Made by a program: the position numbers and the translations under genes. A stretch of DNA of 63,932 bases, filler included, from Octopus bimaculoides (taxonomy: Eukaryota): NCBI RefSeq assembly GCF_001194135.2. It is 8 parts of 8 records of this genome, joined end to end, with 100 filler letters (N's around TTAATTAATTAA, not from the genome) between each part and the next. Parts side by side here need not be neighbours in the genome. Positions count along the whole stretch, not along the records: positions 40,582 to 54,894 come from NC_068981.1; positions 54,995 to 60,444 come from NC_068987.1; 6 more parts are not named here. The stretch is one strand, 5' to 3'. The notes under the pieces are model-generated. The model did no database searches. It saw nothing but the letters and a program-made list of their open reading frames with translations, and was not told the DNA's origin. Positions 45,271-59,129 of the stretch are shown piece by piece. How positions within the stretch are numbered: the stretch's first letter is position 1; every line of letters starts with the position of its first letter.

Positions 45271-46761
45271 ATTCAAGGAAGCTATGTCGAAAAATAACAT
45301 AATCATTCAATTCTTGTTTTTATTGAAATAAAATAATAAAAAAACAAGAGTGCGTTTGACTTTTGACTCGGTGGCCTTTCTTCTAGCTTTTTACATTCTG
45401 AGCTCAAAATCCGCTGAATTCGACATTGTTCTTTCTCATTTGCATTAAATTTTAGTCCAACGAATTGACGCCATTACTTATTATTTATTTATTTATTTAT
45501 TTATTTTTGTAAAACCTGATACTCATTTTATCGTTCTTATTTGCCAAGTTGCTAAGTTATGGGGACGTAAACACACCAACGCCGGTTGTCAAGCAGTAGG
45601 TGAGGCAGAACCAGAAAGACAAACACACACATACACGCATATATATATACGACGGGTTTCTTTCAATTGCCGGCTACCGAATCTACGCACTTTGGTTGGC
45701 CGGAGACTATAGCAGAATACACTTTCCCAAGGTGACAGTATATTTTAATGCAAAAAAAGAAGTACTGGTCTCAATGACTTCGGCTAAAGCTATTTAACGG
45801 CGGTGGCCCAGCGTGACTGCAGTTCAATAACTGAAAGAAACAATAAAAGATAAGAGAAGGACACGCGCATACATATGTGTGTTTGTAAGTATGTATGTAC
45901 CTATGTATGTATATTCATATATTCATATACATAAAGCCACGTTCACTACACACACACAGACACACATACGCGCTCAAATGTCTTTTCTAAATTTCATTCA
46001 CATGGTATTGGTCAACTCGAAGCAATATTGGAAAACACTTACGGATCATAACTTGCAGCAGATTTCACTTGGAACTACAATCTTACGAAGTGAACTTTTT
46101 AAATGCATTTCTCAACCATGCTCTTATGCATACAAACATAATTTGACGGGGACAATTGTAATAGGATATAAATCGAAGAATTATAGTTATCTTGTAGCAC
46201 GTGTCATCATGTGTATATGGTTGAAACGCGAAAAGTTGGAATTGGTATTATAAGTAATATACGTATATAATTAACGGTAATATATGTATTTCTCACATTG
46301 GCATGTGGCAAAACCTTTTTGGGGGAGAGGAAGGTATAACCAATGAAATCAAAATCACTATTTCAATGACACTTTATTTTATTAGCCTAGGAAAGCCGGA
46401 AGGTAAAATTAACCGGCAATATATTGATAGAAAGTAAGAAGAAGTAGAGGGAGAAGGAAAAATGAAGAAAGAGGGCAAGGAGGAAGAGAGATAAAGCTAA
46501 ATTGTACAGAAAAAAAAAAAGATTGATGAAGTTCTAATGTGGAAGACGATAACGTCCGAAAAAAAAACTTCCATAGAAAAAATACGAGGTAGAATCAAGT
46601 TATTTTTTATTGCATCATGTATTGCCATACAAAATAACAAAAAGAAAAATTCACAGCAACAATAACAATACTACCAATACTAATGTTGCTACTACTACTG
46701 CTAGGAGTAGTTGTAATGGTAGTAGTTATAATAATAATATAGCGAAGCAATAAAAGTAGCA

Positions 46762-46836
<75 letters not shown>

Positions 46837-47102
46837 ATGTATGTATGTATGTATGTATGTATGTACGTATGTTTCTATGTATACATGCATACGTATATAT
46901 GTATACAACACATACGCACACATACGTGCATGTACGAGGTAAACCGAAATTGACACAAACAAAATGTCTCCCTTCCTACGAAACCTATGCATCAAATGCG
47001 AATATTTTTTTTTTGATATATATGTTTTTTGGCTTGTGGTGTATTTTTTGTCGACTTTTTATTTACTTATTTATTTATCTATTTATTTATTTATCTATGT
47101 AT

Positions 47103-47137
<35 letters not shown>

Positions 47138-47599
47138 TTGTATTGTTCAGATCAAATGTGTGTAGCTCGACAATGCGTCTGCAGACATTAACTAGCGATG
47201 AAAAGTATAGCTTAATCACAACTTTCAGAGACAAATAGAGAGATGCTGTTTGACACTAATGCGAAGTTAGCAGTTCGCAGTGTCATTGCAGTTGAGATAT
47301 TAATGCTTGCAGCTGGAATTTTTAACAACCCACACCAATTAGAAAAATGTTTATAAATAAATAAACAAACATAGAAAATATCATTCTTGAATCTATACAG
47401 GAGACTGACAAAAAAACCTGCTGCTATTGCCTGCTGCTGCTGCATGTTGTGGTTACTCGTTGTTTTAAAATATTAGTCTTTGTTATTCTTCCGTTTTTTT
47501 TTTCTTCTTGTTCTTGGCGTTCAACTTTGCGTTTCTTTATATTTGTTTTCGTTTGTTTCTTCTTACGTTTGTTGCTGTAATTCTTGCTATTTTTCTTCT

Positions 47600-47639
<40 letters not shown>

Positions 47640-48241
47640 GATGCTTCTTTTGTAGTTGATTGTTGTTTCTCCCACGTATGCACAATTCTAATATTCTCTT
47701 TCGTCGTGGTGGCCGCTGCCGTCATGATCATCATCATGCCGATGATGCTGATGATGACAACGACAATGATGATGATAACGGTCAGAACGATGTTGATGAC
47801 GACGACGACGACTACGATAATGATGATGATGCTAACGACAACGAAGATGATGCTGATGGAGATGACGAGGATATTAACACGCCCTCTCTACTTCATCCAT
47901 TATTTTGCAACTCCTTTCCCCCGCACTTTTGTCTTCTTTATTACGATGCCCCTCATTTTATTAGGGATACATATCATCATGAACCAAAATAGTATCCTTA
48001 TCTTCATCTTCATTCTGCATCGCTTCCTTCTCATCATCGTCGATGTCGCCGTCATCATCATAATCATCATCATCCTCCTCCCTCTCCTCCTCCTCCTCCC
48101 CCTCCTCCTCCNNNNNNNNNNNNNNNNNNNNNNNNNNNNNNNNNNNNNNNNNNNNNNNNNNNNNNNNNNNNNNNNNNNNNNNNNNNNNNNNNNNNNNNNN
48201 NNNNNNNNNNNNNNNNNNNNNNNNNNNNNNNNNNNNNNNNN

Positions 48242-48285
<44 letters not shown>

Positions 48286-48691
48286 CCCTTATCATCATCA
48301 CCATCATTATTATCAGCCTGATAATCAGTTTCGGCCATTACCCATCCAGAGAAGTACCTGTTACTTTATAGCACACACTAGCGTCTATATTCCATCCCCC
48401 TTATTTCATTTTCTTACGTCATACTCACACACTTTATTATTTTTTTTTTAACATGTCGTATATGTTCAGTAATCTTCCTCTTAGCAGATGGTTAATCTTT
48501 AATGGATGACCATTATCTCACCTGTTCAGTATCTCCCCCTTATTTAACCTGACCTCCTTGATCTTTAGAGCATACTGCGGTCTGGTGGATATTATAGTCA
48601 GACCAGGATAGCAACCCAAATATTAGGAGTAAATTACATTCAGTCGGCATAAGGCGGTGTTAAACCAAGCAACTGAATAAGTCAAGTTACC

Positions 48692-49090
48692 GTTGTTGTT
48701 GTTGTTGTTGGCACTCCGTCGCTTACGACGTCGAGGGTTCCAGTCGATCCGATCAACGGAACAGCCTGCTCGTGAAATTAACGTGCAAGTGACTGAGCAC
48801 TCCACAGACACGTGTACCCTTAACGTAGTTCTCGGTGAGATTCAGCATGACACAGAGTGTGACAAGGCTGGCCCTTTGAAATACAGGTACAACAGAAACA
48901 GGAAGAAAGAGTGAGAGAAAGTTGTGGTGAGAGAGTACAGCAGGGTTCGCCAACATCTCATGCCGGAGCCTCGTGGAGCTTTTAGGTGTTTTCGCTCAAT
49001 AAACACTCACAACGCATGGTCTGCGAATCGAAACTGCTATCCTATGACCGCGAGTCCGCTGCCCCAACCACTGGGCCATTGCGCCTCCAC
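48692..49090 (-). mobile_element. Full-length tRNA-derived SINE
   Basis: Same family as 43097-43484, with A/B boxes and an (AAC)n tail. Confidence 0.9.
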
Positions 49091-49399
49091 AAGTCAAGCT
49101 ACCAAATTTCACTTAAAAGAGATCGGTAGTCTCAGGGATAAGGTTAGAGACAATTACCGAAGATTCTCCGCTGTTAGATCGAGCCCGTAACTGTGTAGTT
49201 ACGCGTTTACTCTTCCCTTTACAGCGTTTTCTCTTTCTCTCTTACATTACGTTACATTCATTCTACACTTACTCTTCTTTTTCTTTGACTCTCCTTCAGT
49301 CATTTTCTGTCTATCTCCAATTAATTCTAAGAACCGACCCACTCGCAATCCAACGAAAGTGTCCATACGTAGTTACAAAACCTTCGTTAAGCTCTCCTT

Positions 49400-49880
49400 C
49401 AAACTTCGCCCAAATATGTGAGAACAGAAATCTGGATTGTCCCTTCATAAATACCGTTGGGCATGAGATTTTGATACACAGAAACAAGTATTCTTATACT
49501 CGTCAATATCAGCCGAAAGGGAATTCTCGATCTCAAATATTCTTTAATAACAGTGTTTTCTACACCAAACAGCTCACTTAACCATAACTGCATGTAAATA
49601 CAGAACATTTCATAAACGTAACGAATAATAAAATACCTACGCTGAAATATTGAGAAATCTAGGGTTATTCTATCTAAATTACAAGTTCAGGATTATTACT
49701 TGTCATTCTGGAGACACTAAGATATATAACACATTGTCTGAGTACCTATCTTGAGAAATTAAGCTTCTCAAAATCAGAAAGGAGAAAGCTTATTCGAAGA
49801 TTACAGATCTATATCATCACTGCAACTGTATCATCAGTGCAACTGTAAAAATCTGTAAAACTAAAACTTTTCAGTTTATC
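49400..49880 (+). mobile_element. RLE-type non-LTR retrotransposon C-terminal relic
   Basis: TYAEILRNLGLFYLNYKFRII..YLEKLSFSKSERRKLIRRLQI..TVKICK-like, frameshifted. Confidence 0.55.
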
Positions 49881-50599
49881 ATTTAAATATATACCAGCAT
49901 GTCTAGATATGCAACTATATGCATGAGAATAAATATATAAACAAGACATACAAATCTGCACATGCACTGACTCCAATACTTCACATATACATACATGCAA
50001 AAATATCCTGTTGATGTTATCGAAATTCGAAAGGAGAAGCCTTGAATCTAGGTTAGAAACCGGCTCTTTCTCTCTATTTGCAAGACATTTTGAAATAAGA
50101 TTGTATAATGAAATACATACATACATACATATATACATACATACATAGTGATCCAAGTATTCAAATGCCAAAAAGTGATCAAGAAACCAAATTACTTAAA
50201 GAGCCTCGGGAAATGAGAAAAAGCGGTTCTAAACTATTTGTTTTGCCGATATTGCTTAATCCGTTGTTCAAAACTAGTTAGTTCTGCTTTATTTGAATGC
50301 ATGTGCTGCTCCATTTCAAATATTCAGGACCATTTGTACCTACACCATACTTGTTTCTAACTTTTTCGAATTCCCATTCCTTCTTAAATTCTCCATTTCT
50401 TTTCCTCACAAGTATTGACACTACTTATATCTTCTGAAATTCTCCTTTTCCACCACATTTGTTTATTTTCTTTTCTATTCAATGCTGTTCTGTTCTCAGT
50501 ATTTCTCAATCGCATAATTTCCACAATAATCCTACTAGCAGCCTTGATAAGATTATTTGTCTGTGTGATCTTCTTCTTCTTCTTCTTCTTCTTCTTCTT

Positions 50600-50682
<83 letters not shown>

Positions 50683-51514
50683 ATACTTATGGGTATTTCT
50701 TCCATCTTTACGTTCTGAGTTCAAATTCTGCGGAGGTTGACTTTGCCTTTCATCCTTTCGGCCTTCATAATTTAAGTGACAGTGAAATACCGGTGGTAGA
50801 TGTATGCCCCTTGTAGAAAGAATTATTATTAATATTATTTTACTTTTACATGCCAACTTCATAATGTTGACTATTTTTTCTATCCATAACGTACCTCCCA
50901 TATCACATAAATATAACATCTAAGCTTTCTTAATTCTTTGTTGCATATCTTAAAATCATAACTCATTTAATAAGATGCTTCTTTTTTTTTTCGTATTTTA
51001 AAATATTTGCATTGTCTGCTTCTTTTCTTTTGCATACACTCACGGAATTCAATGTATTCTACTAAATTTTCTATTATCAATATTTTTATTTTTATTGAGT
51101 GATTTTCATTATTTATATACGAAAATAGAAAAAAATGCTATGTCAAAGTCATCTTTTAAAAAGAAGCAATTACTTTGCCAAATTGTCACAAATGTTAACA
51201 TTACTATTCTTCATAGTTTGTTCTTTCATTGATTCATTGTTAAGATATTTGCTCAATTTTTTTTCTGAAGTTTCGGGAATAAATTTAAAAGCGGTAGACG
51301 TATGAGAGTCTGATTCGTAAACCAACACCGACAAAACAACAACGTCTAGAATCACGTACCAACAATACGAGAAAAATACGAAAACAAAATATATATATAT
51401 ATATTCCACTGTCAGCTATGAGATGTCGAAATCAATTGTCTTTCGCTAGACATATTCGAAATCATTTTTTCTCCCTCAGCTTGCATACAAACACGCATAA
51501 AGACACACGCAACA

Positions 51515-51562
<48 letters not shown>

Positions 51563-51699
51563 CATATATATACATATATATAGATAGATAGATAGATAGA
51601 TACATACATATATGAATATTTAGGTATGCATAAATTTACATATACATACATACGTATATACATGCATACACAACTTCCACCCTCCTCCACACACACACG

Positions 51700-51731
<32 letters not shown>

Positions 51732-51735
51732 CATA

Positions 51736-51771
<36 letters not shown>

Positions 51772-52429
51772 TATTGAGATAGAGATGGGAAAGGGAGACA
51801 CCAGCCCTATAATGAATGTTTTGATAAGATAATTATAGTTCTGAAATTTTCATTTGTCTTTAACACTTTTCAGCTTACATTCTAAGTTTTGTTGCTCCTT
51901 CGTCTTTTCATATATTTCTTTTTATACCGACAGAACCGCTGGAGCGCCAGATTAAACATATTATTTCATATTTCATATATAGGTCTATTAGAAACCCTGC
52001 GGGGCTAATTTTATGTCTCTCAAGATTTGCATGAAATGAATACCAATAATTTACTCTGGATACACGAAACTCTCAAACCAAGAGAATAAATAGAAGAAAA
52101 ATTAAACAAGTGTAACAGGTAAAATACAGGGCAAAATACAAACAAATTTGGAACATACTTCTAACAACTGTTCAGTGAATGTAAAGGTAATTTTGGCAAA
52201 TTAACAACACAATTGTTCACTACCTTGAGCAAGCCTGGGATGGCCGTTAGCACAGGATGAGAGCAGATATGAAAAAATAAGGTGGATTTTTCTTCTCACG
52301 ATAAGACAAACAGATCACACGAGAAGAAGAAGAAGAAGAAGAAGAAGAAGAAGAAGAAGAAGAAGAAGAAGAAGAAGAAGAAGAAGAAGAAGAAGAAGAA
52401 GAAGAAGAAGAAGAATGTGCGAGATTGGC

Positions 52430-53010
52430 GTGACAGTAGTAGGATGTCGGTGGAATCCTCTTAAACGGTCAAGTAACCTAAAAGTGAACTGTTGTTGTAA
52501 TAGTAGTGATTGAAATTGTTCTGAATAAATTCATGGGTGATGACTGTTCTGAATATATCGTTTTTAATATTTGCTGGGTGTTGTTCTAAGGCCCTTGTAA
52601 TAGTGTCATTTGTGGTAGACGCATTCAAAAGGGGTTTATATTTTGTGATAGAATATGACTCTTTACTAACGCGATAACTACAGGTTGCATCGTCTCTGAA
52701 TTTATAGAGGGGGAAAATTCTGAAGCAGGGTTGTTTGTTAGTGGCGCAAATATCGATGTGTTCGCTGAATGCTATTTTTCTGTATTTCCGAATTTTGATC
52801 TGGAATCTATGTAGAGCCACCCTTTGATATAGACTGTTTTGGGTTTGGCTTATGTATTGCTCTCGACACCCAGAACAAGTTAATACATATTCTCCGAAGC
52901 ACGTGTGAAGTTGCGTTTCACGTTGACCCTGTTTGAAAGAGAAATCCGATCCCTCAATTACGTTGACGCATATACCACAGTTAGGTCTTTTGCATTTTTT
53001 TTACTGACGG
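52430..53010 (-). mobile_element. Penelope-like GIY-YIG endonuclease fragment
   Basis: EYVLTCSGCREQYISQTQNSLYQRVALHRFQI..FSEHIDICA..FRIFPLYKF..KYKPLLN. Homologous to 31250-31545. Confidence 0.8.
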
Positions 53011-53218
53011 CTTCAGTGTTATTGTCGAGCGTACTTGAACTTGTGTTAGGAGACTTTTCATTGATTTGGGCTGTCTTTTGCTCTTTATGATGGTGTGCGT
53101 TCGGAGAATTAAATTCATTCCTTTTTAGTAGTGGAATTTTCTGGAGGATATATATATGCATGTGTGTGTATGTATTTATATATACGCACACACGCACACA
53201 CACACACATACACACACC

Positions 53219-53260
<42 letters not shown>

Positions 53261-53820
53261 CATGCATATATGTGTGTGTCTGTATTCATACATACACATA
53301 CACACACATAATGACAGAAATTAATGAACGTAAATGAGGAAGCTATATGGTAGCCGAACAGTTGTAGGCAATAAAAAGATAAAACTTCATTTGCTGCAAT
53401 TGTTTAAAAAATAGTTCCTGCCGAATATAACATTTCTAGTGCGGTTACTATTTCTTGTTGCAATTTCAATTTCATTTCAGTTACGTTACTGATATTTGCT
53501 AAAACCACATGGATGATCACAGAATTTCGAGTCCTTACTCCCACAAATCTAGTATATTTTGCTTTGCCCATTTCTTGACATAACTGACAACTGACACACG
53601 GAATATTTTCTTTATAGCCTATGCATGTTTTTCTCATATTCACTGGAACCAAGTAAGATTTAAATACTTTGAAAGACATGCTTAGAAACCATAACAACCT
53701 GTGTTGTTATAGTTCTGTAAATCATTTGCCTGTAAAGGAGACTTGTCTGTTTAGCAGAGTTATGAATACTATGGAACCTACATGCAACACGTCCCTCCCC
53801 TCCGCAAACCCATATGTATT

Positions 53821-53868
<48 letters not shown>

Positions 53869-53870
<2 letters not shown>

Positions 53871-54284
53871 TGGGAATACCTAAGAGAGGCAACTCTGAAC
53901 AGATCTTATAAGCTTCATCTAAAAGTACAGTCAAAAACGTTGACTGATTTGCGCCAGTAGACTGCCAGGTTGTGGATATTGCCGAAATATTAGCGCCAAG
54001 CAGTGTTTAGGCATAAGTAAAGTTTATGGTGGTTAAAATATGTTTGTGACATACTTCAATTGCTAAAAGGCAAATTAACTGCAGTTACAGTAGGAAAAAT
54101 TTTCTCTTCTGGTAAAAAAAGGGTAAAAACCTCATATCACTTCAGTGTCGCCATCTATCAGGATTCCCAGACATCGAGGCTTCTAGCTCTTTAGCTTTTA
54201 TCAATAGAAAATACTTGTATCTTCAGATGAAACTATAGCTTTATGAGATCTGTTCAGAATTGGGTCTGTTAGGTATTTCCCATT
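53869..54284. mobile_element. MITE-like element with imperfect ~55-bp TIRs
   Basis: aatgggaatacctaa..ctctgaacagatct.ataa is mirrored at 54225-54284. Confidence 0.6.
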
Positions 54285-54854
54285 GATAAAAGCTTAGGAT
54301 ATCTAGGAATCCTAATAGATGGCGCCATTGAACAAAGATGGTGTTTTTACACCTTTTTACCATGAAAGAAAAAATTCTTTACAGTAACTACAGTGAATTT
54401 GTCTTCTAGTCTAGCAGTTGAAATGTCACACACATTTTGACTAAACGAAACATTGCATATATATATATATATGTAACACACAGTGGTGTTCAATTAGTCA
54501 TCAATTTAAACTCCAGCTTCTTCACGTAAAGTTCGTCATAACAGAAATCATTAGCAAGCTTTTATTTTGGCAGTAAAGTATATAAACAGAGTTAGATTTG
54601 AAACGTATTCTGCAGGAAGAACAGAATACACGTTACAATAGGGCGTTATCTTGACAGCTGTTTATAGATGGACATAACTTAAATAATAAACATATTCACA
54701 AGTAATGTGTTCATGATTTCAATGGCGTATGAATAAACGCGTTAAGCGCAACCGTGTTTATTTACCTTACTACTTCTCTGTATATAATATGCGAGTATAA
54801 TACACACATACTATATACATATTCCCACACTTATATTGACAGATATATATATAT

Positions 54855-54894
<40 letters not shown>

Positions 54895-54994
54895 NNNNNN
54901 NNNNNNNNNNNNNNNNNNNNNNNNNNNNNNNNNNNNNNTTAATTAATTAANNNNNNNNNNNNNNNNNNNNNNNNNNNNNNNNNNNNNNNNNNNN

Positions 54995-55224
54995 GGCACA
55001 TAAAAGACACCATTTCGAGCGTGGCCGTTTTCGTGCGGGTGACACGTAAAAGCACCCACTACACTCTCTGAGTGGTTGGCGTTAGGAAGGGCATCCAGCT
55101 GTAGAAACTCTGCCAAATTAGACTGGAGCCTGGTGTTGCCATCCGGTTTCACCAGTCCTCAGTCAAATCGTCGAACCCATGCTAGCATGGAAAACGGACG
55201 TTAAACGATGATGATGATGATGAT
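54995..55224 (+). mobile_element. SINE 3' half with RTE-like tail
   Basis: ..gagtggttggcgttaggaagggcatccagctgtagaaac..cccatgctagcatggaaaacggacgttaaa(tga)n. Confidence 0.75.
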
Positions 55225-56168
55225 GATATATATATATGTATATTTATATATATTAATTGCTTCATGCAGGCATAGCGTGAATTCGATCCTCGATCGCCAA
55301 ATTTCACTTAACGGTTCAACAGCACTTTTCTTACGGTGACAGGAGTTACATTTGTCAGATGTCTTTGCTAAGCAGAATAATATCTTTGCCACTTGACCCT
55401 TCTAACTACTTCTAGGCCACCAAAAGCTAGAAATCCTTTGTTCTCAACAATATGTCTCTCCTTCTAACTAGTTTAGATAATTATAAATACTAAAACACCA
55501 TAGGTAAAAGTTAGTTGGCAAAAAGGAGATGACGCGAGGCGACCACAGGTAGAATCCAGTTAGTGAGATAATTCAATTGAGAGAAGGCTTGCAGTGGGAA
55601 TGTCAACTATGATACAATGTCTTATCACAACACCACTGCTGTTTAAATGTCAGGCTCAATGAAGGTATCATTTTATCGGCTTGCTATACATAACGTTCAC
55701 TCTATCTTCCTCTAATTCCTTGTCCGACAGCTAGCAGTTGACCAAACATAAACAACAACAACAACTGCAAGAAAAGATAACTCTGTTGTTTTGGTAAAAA
55801 AAAGTATGACCTACCCGCTAATATATATGGTATACAGATGGACGTTGAAAGCAGTAATATAGTTTAAAGGAGCAGTAACTGTAACAAATATGGCAGAAAA
55901 CTCTATTGTTTTTATATGATACACACACCTGCCCGTTGAAGCATGGCATTATACAAAGTAACGGTAAATAAATATTTCTTAACAACTTCGATCACTGTTC
56001 TTCTTCCATTTTGCACATGTGCAACAGCAACACCTGGTACAATCGCTAACTGCCGACTCCACCGCATATCATAATGCAAACTGTTACACTGGCAACCAAC
56101 ACCTTAACAACAACCGTTATGTATATATATATGTGTGTGTGTTTCTCTCCTTGTTTCTTTCTGTGTTC

Positions 56169-56204
56169 CTTTCTGTTGAAGAGCGTAGGCTTGAAACGTT
56201 AAAG
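56169..56204 (+). ncRNA. Minimal hammerhead-like motif, CUGUUGA variant (copy 2)
   Basis: cuuu-CUGUUGA-a-gagc-guag-gcuu-GAAA-c-g-UU-aaag, inside a unit (about 56130-56315) homologous to 38600-38790. Confidence 0.55.
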
Positions 56205-56322
56205 ACTTTCTCTATTCCCGAGCGTTATACTAATACATCCATTTGTTGTTTACACTACCTGTCTTCATCTGTTGTTTTCTCATGAATTCTCATGAATTCT
56301 CATGAATTCTCCCTAGCTTTTG

Positions 56323-56560
56323 AAGGCGGCGAGCTGGCAGAAACGTTAGCACGCCGGGCGAAATGCTTAGCAGTATTTCGTCTGCCGTAACGTTCTGAGT
56401 TCAAATTCCGCCAAGGTCGACTTTGCCTTTCATCCTTTCGGGGTCGATAAATTAAGTACCAGTTACGCACTGGGGTCGATGTAATCGACTTAATACCTTT
56501 GTCTGTCCTTGTTTGTCCCCTCTATGTTTGTCCCCTCTATGTTTAGCCCCTTGTGGGCAA
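56323..56560 (+). mobile_element. SINE (family also degenerate at about 15050, 15830, 17730, 20040 and 50710)
   Basis: aaggcggcgagctggcagaa..cgttctgagttcaaattccgcc.aggtcgactttgcctttcatcctttcggggtcgataaa. Confidence 0.8.
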
Positions 56561-57199
56561 TAAGGAAATTTATATATATATATATATATATATATTAGTC
56601 TACATAAACAAAGCCCATGAATTAAGTAATGACGTAAGTATTCAAAGAGACATATTTTGATATGTTTATCTTGAGTTATATCATAAAGTGCTCTGTATGT
56701 GATTCAAAATGTTCAGAGCTACGGCTATAGTTTACCTGATTAATTTTACTGAAATACAACAATTCACAAAAAATAGACTTTTTGAGTGCGGCCTTTTCTT
56801 CAGTGGAGGCTCAACCCACCAAATACAGAAGCAGTCAGACATCTGAGTGACAACCACTCTGTAATGTTACCAGACAGGCCAATGCTGAACACGCAAGGAA
56901 GTCAACACCCATGACCAAGCGCAAAACCCGTCATCACAACAATAGCCAGGTTTTTGAGATGTTGAGTCCGACATCAACACTGGAAACTTATCCATCTGGT
57001 ATTCGCAGACAGATATGTTCCTGCATCTGACGCAGTCACATCAATTGCACGATGGCATATGACAAAATCATGCACACACATACATAGTGCAATTTATGAA
57101 AAGTTTTTTTTTCTCTAATGAGATATATTTTCTATTCTTTGTAGGTGCATAAATGAATTAAATGTGACTTTAATTTGATAAATTGCAACAATAAAAAAA

Positions 57200-57540
57200 T
57201 TGATGAATTTACACGTGTGCAAGGCATAAGCTAAAGTCAGTGTGGAAAATCCAATTGAGAAATAGCTCAATTTTTCAATTTTCATCGTCAAACAGTGAAC
57301 AACAAAATCAAAGAGTTGATTGAAGATGGATATCACCGAGTAAAAAAGAAATGTAGAAATCTATAGAACTTTTCTGAGGAGGCAAAAGAGGGCAGAAAGC
57401 AGAGAATTATTAAACATTGACCTGAAACTGTTAAGAAAGGTCGCAAATTCTGTAGATATATTGCCACATCACCGAAGAACAGTATTGAATGACCTTGGAT
57501 ATGAATGAAGAGTTCCACATGTGCTGTCGATGATTTCAAA
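57200..57540 (+). mobile_element. Possible mariner transposase relic
   Basis: ..RRTVLNDLGYE*RVPHVLS resembles the L..LG....WVPH.L motif. Confidence 0.4.
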
Positions 57541-57572
57541 CGCTAATAAGGCCAAAAGATTTTGTAGCGAAG

Positions 57573-57614
<42 letters not shown>

Positions 57615-58603
57615 ATATATACATGAATGCGGACGTAGCAGATAACAGCTATCCTTCGACTGCATCTTTGGACCCTATTGTGTCCACCACTCTGATTGGT
57701 TGGTATTGGCACATTTTTGTCTCTTGTTCTATTTTGCACCAGGGTGCAACCCAACCAATCGACGCCTTCAGATAAGGTCACGCGGCAGTTTTCTGAACCC
57801 CTGTGTGAACAGGTAATTTCTTATAAATAGCTAGCTTTTCTGCGTATGTTTGTCTTTGGCCTTAGACCTTCTAAGGTCTAGCCACTGACCACAGAGCACC
57901 AGCCAGTTCCAACGACGACATGACTCCACTTCACTGGAGATCCAACACTTTGTTCAACTAACTGTTTACTACAAGTTTCTTCGTTGCCAGCGTCTACACC
58001 AACTTCTCTACGTACACACCAAACCAGCAACACTAACATAACTTTTTCCATGCTGTTTGTGAAATGCTTCACCAAGGTTAACAGTGAATTCAACCTGCGA
58101 GAACTCCTGTACCAAGTAACCAGCAACAGCATTAAATCCTCAACTTCTTGCACAACATGTCTTTCTTCGGCTCTGCCTCGACGCCACAACCTCTTGGTAC
58201 AGCACTTCAACCACAACAAACTGGTATTTCCCATCTTCAAGCCTGGACTTTCTTCTAACGTCTTTATAGACTCTTTTTTGTGCTCTATCTCCCGCACTCA
58301 CATACACATATTTGTATACACACACACTCTTTGTTTACCCGACGGCCTGTCTATTATTGTGTTTTATTATGTCACATTCACACACACACACACACAGACA
58401 TTCTAGCTGACAACCAATAAAACCTTTCTCTTATACCTTTTACCGGTTGAGTCTCTCTCCTTTTCTTGTTGGCACTTAACTCATTTTAACCTCATTTCAT
58501 TTTTTGTTTTTATATTTGTGCCAACCGTGCAATGCGCTAAAGGAGCCATTCCTTTGTCACCATTTCCTGGTCGCATGGTCGTTACAATTTAATTGGTTTA
58601 AAG

Positions 58604-59010
58604 CAGTGGTTCTCAACCAGAGTGCATATGCCCCCCCCCCGCCGCTGCCGAGGGTCCACATAAGTTTTTTGGGGGTCCATGGAACAAAATAGTAAATTGG
58701 GGATCCACAATAGCATTTTGAGGGCCCCTAAAAAAATTTTGTTTTAGATGTATGTATTAGTAAATATTGCAAGAAACAACTAAGCTGTTTCTTTCTCTAA
58801 CATTTTACTTAGTTTTACATTTTATATTTCTTTCTCTAACATTTTACATAGTTCAGCCTACACAAGTTAATGTGTGAAATACAAAATAGGGATTTTGAAA
58901 GAAGTTTCAATAAAACTAGTTTTTTAAACATCAAATGGGTACAGCGGTCCACCAGAGTAAAATAGTAATCAAAGGAGTCCAGAGATAAAAAAAAATGGTT
59001 GAGAACCCTG
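58604..59010. mobile_element. hAT (Charlie-like) MITE
   Basis: TIRs CAGTGGTTCTCAACC / GGTTGAGAACCCTG, with an 8-bp TSD GTTTAAAG vs GTTTAGAG (7/8). Confidence 0.85.
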
Positions 59011-59129
59011 GTTTAGAGAGTTTTCAAACTAAAATGAGTTTTGGTCATCGATATTAATTCAGTCGATTTTCCAGTTTAAGACAGATGTGTGGTGCAACAA
59101 AAACGAAATATGGGAGCTGGATTATTTGT

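Noticed and set aside
47660-48338. Asp/Glu-rich ORFs on both strands resembling acidic biomineralisation proteins
   Set aside because: Decayed (GAT)/(ATC)/(CCT) microsatellites. There is no signal peptide or convincing splice structure, and such tracts are ubiquitous here.
53404-53697. 97-aa non-repetitive ORF on the minus strand
   Set aside because: No recognisable motif, non-ATG start, no supported splice sites, and a length compatible with chance in a window this size.
55715-55800. Possible isolated exon (pyrimidine tract, ..ccgacAG/ctagcAG, LTKHKQQQQLQEKITLLF, GTAAAA)
   Set aside because: No partner exons or homology, and a weak donor.
56279-56310. (CATGAATTCT)x3 tandem repeat
   Set aside because: A local slippage duplication at the end of a repeat unit, with no further structure.
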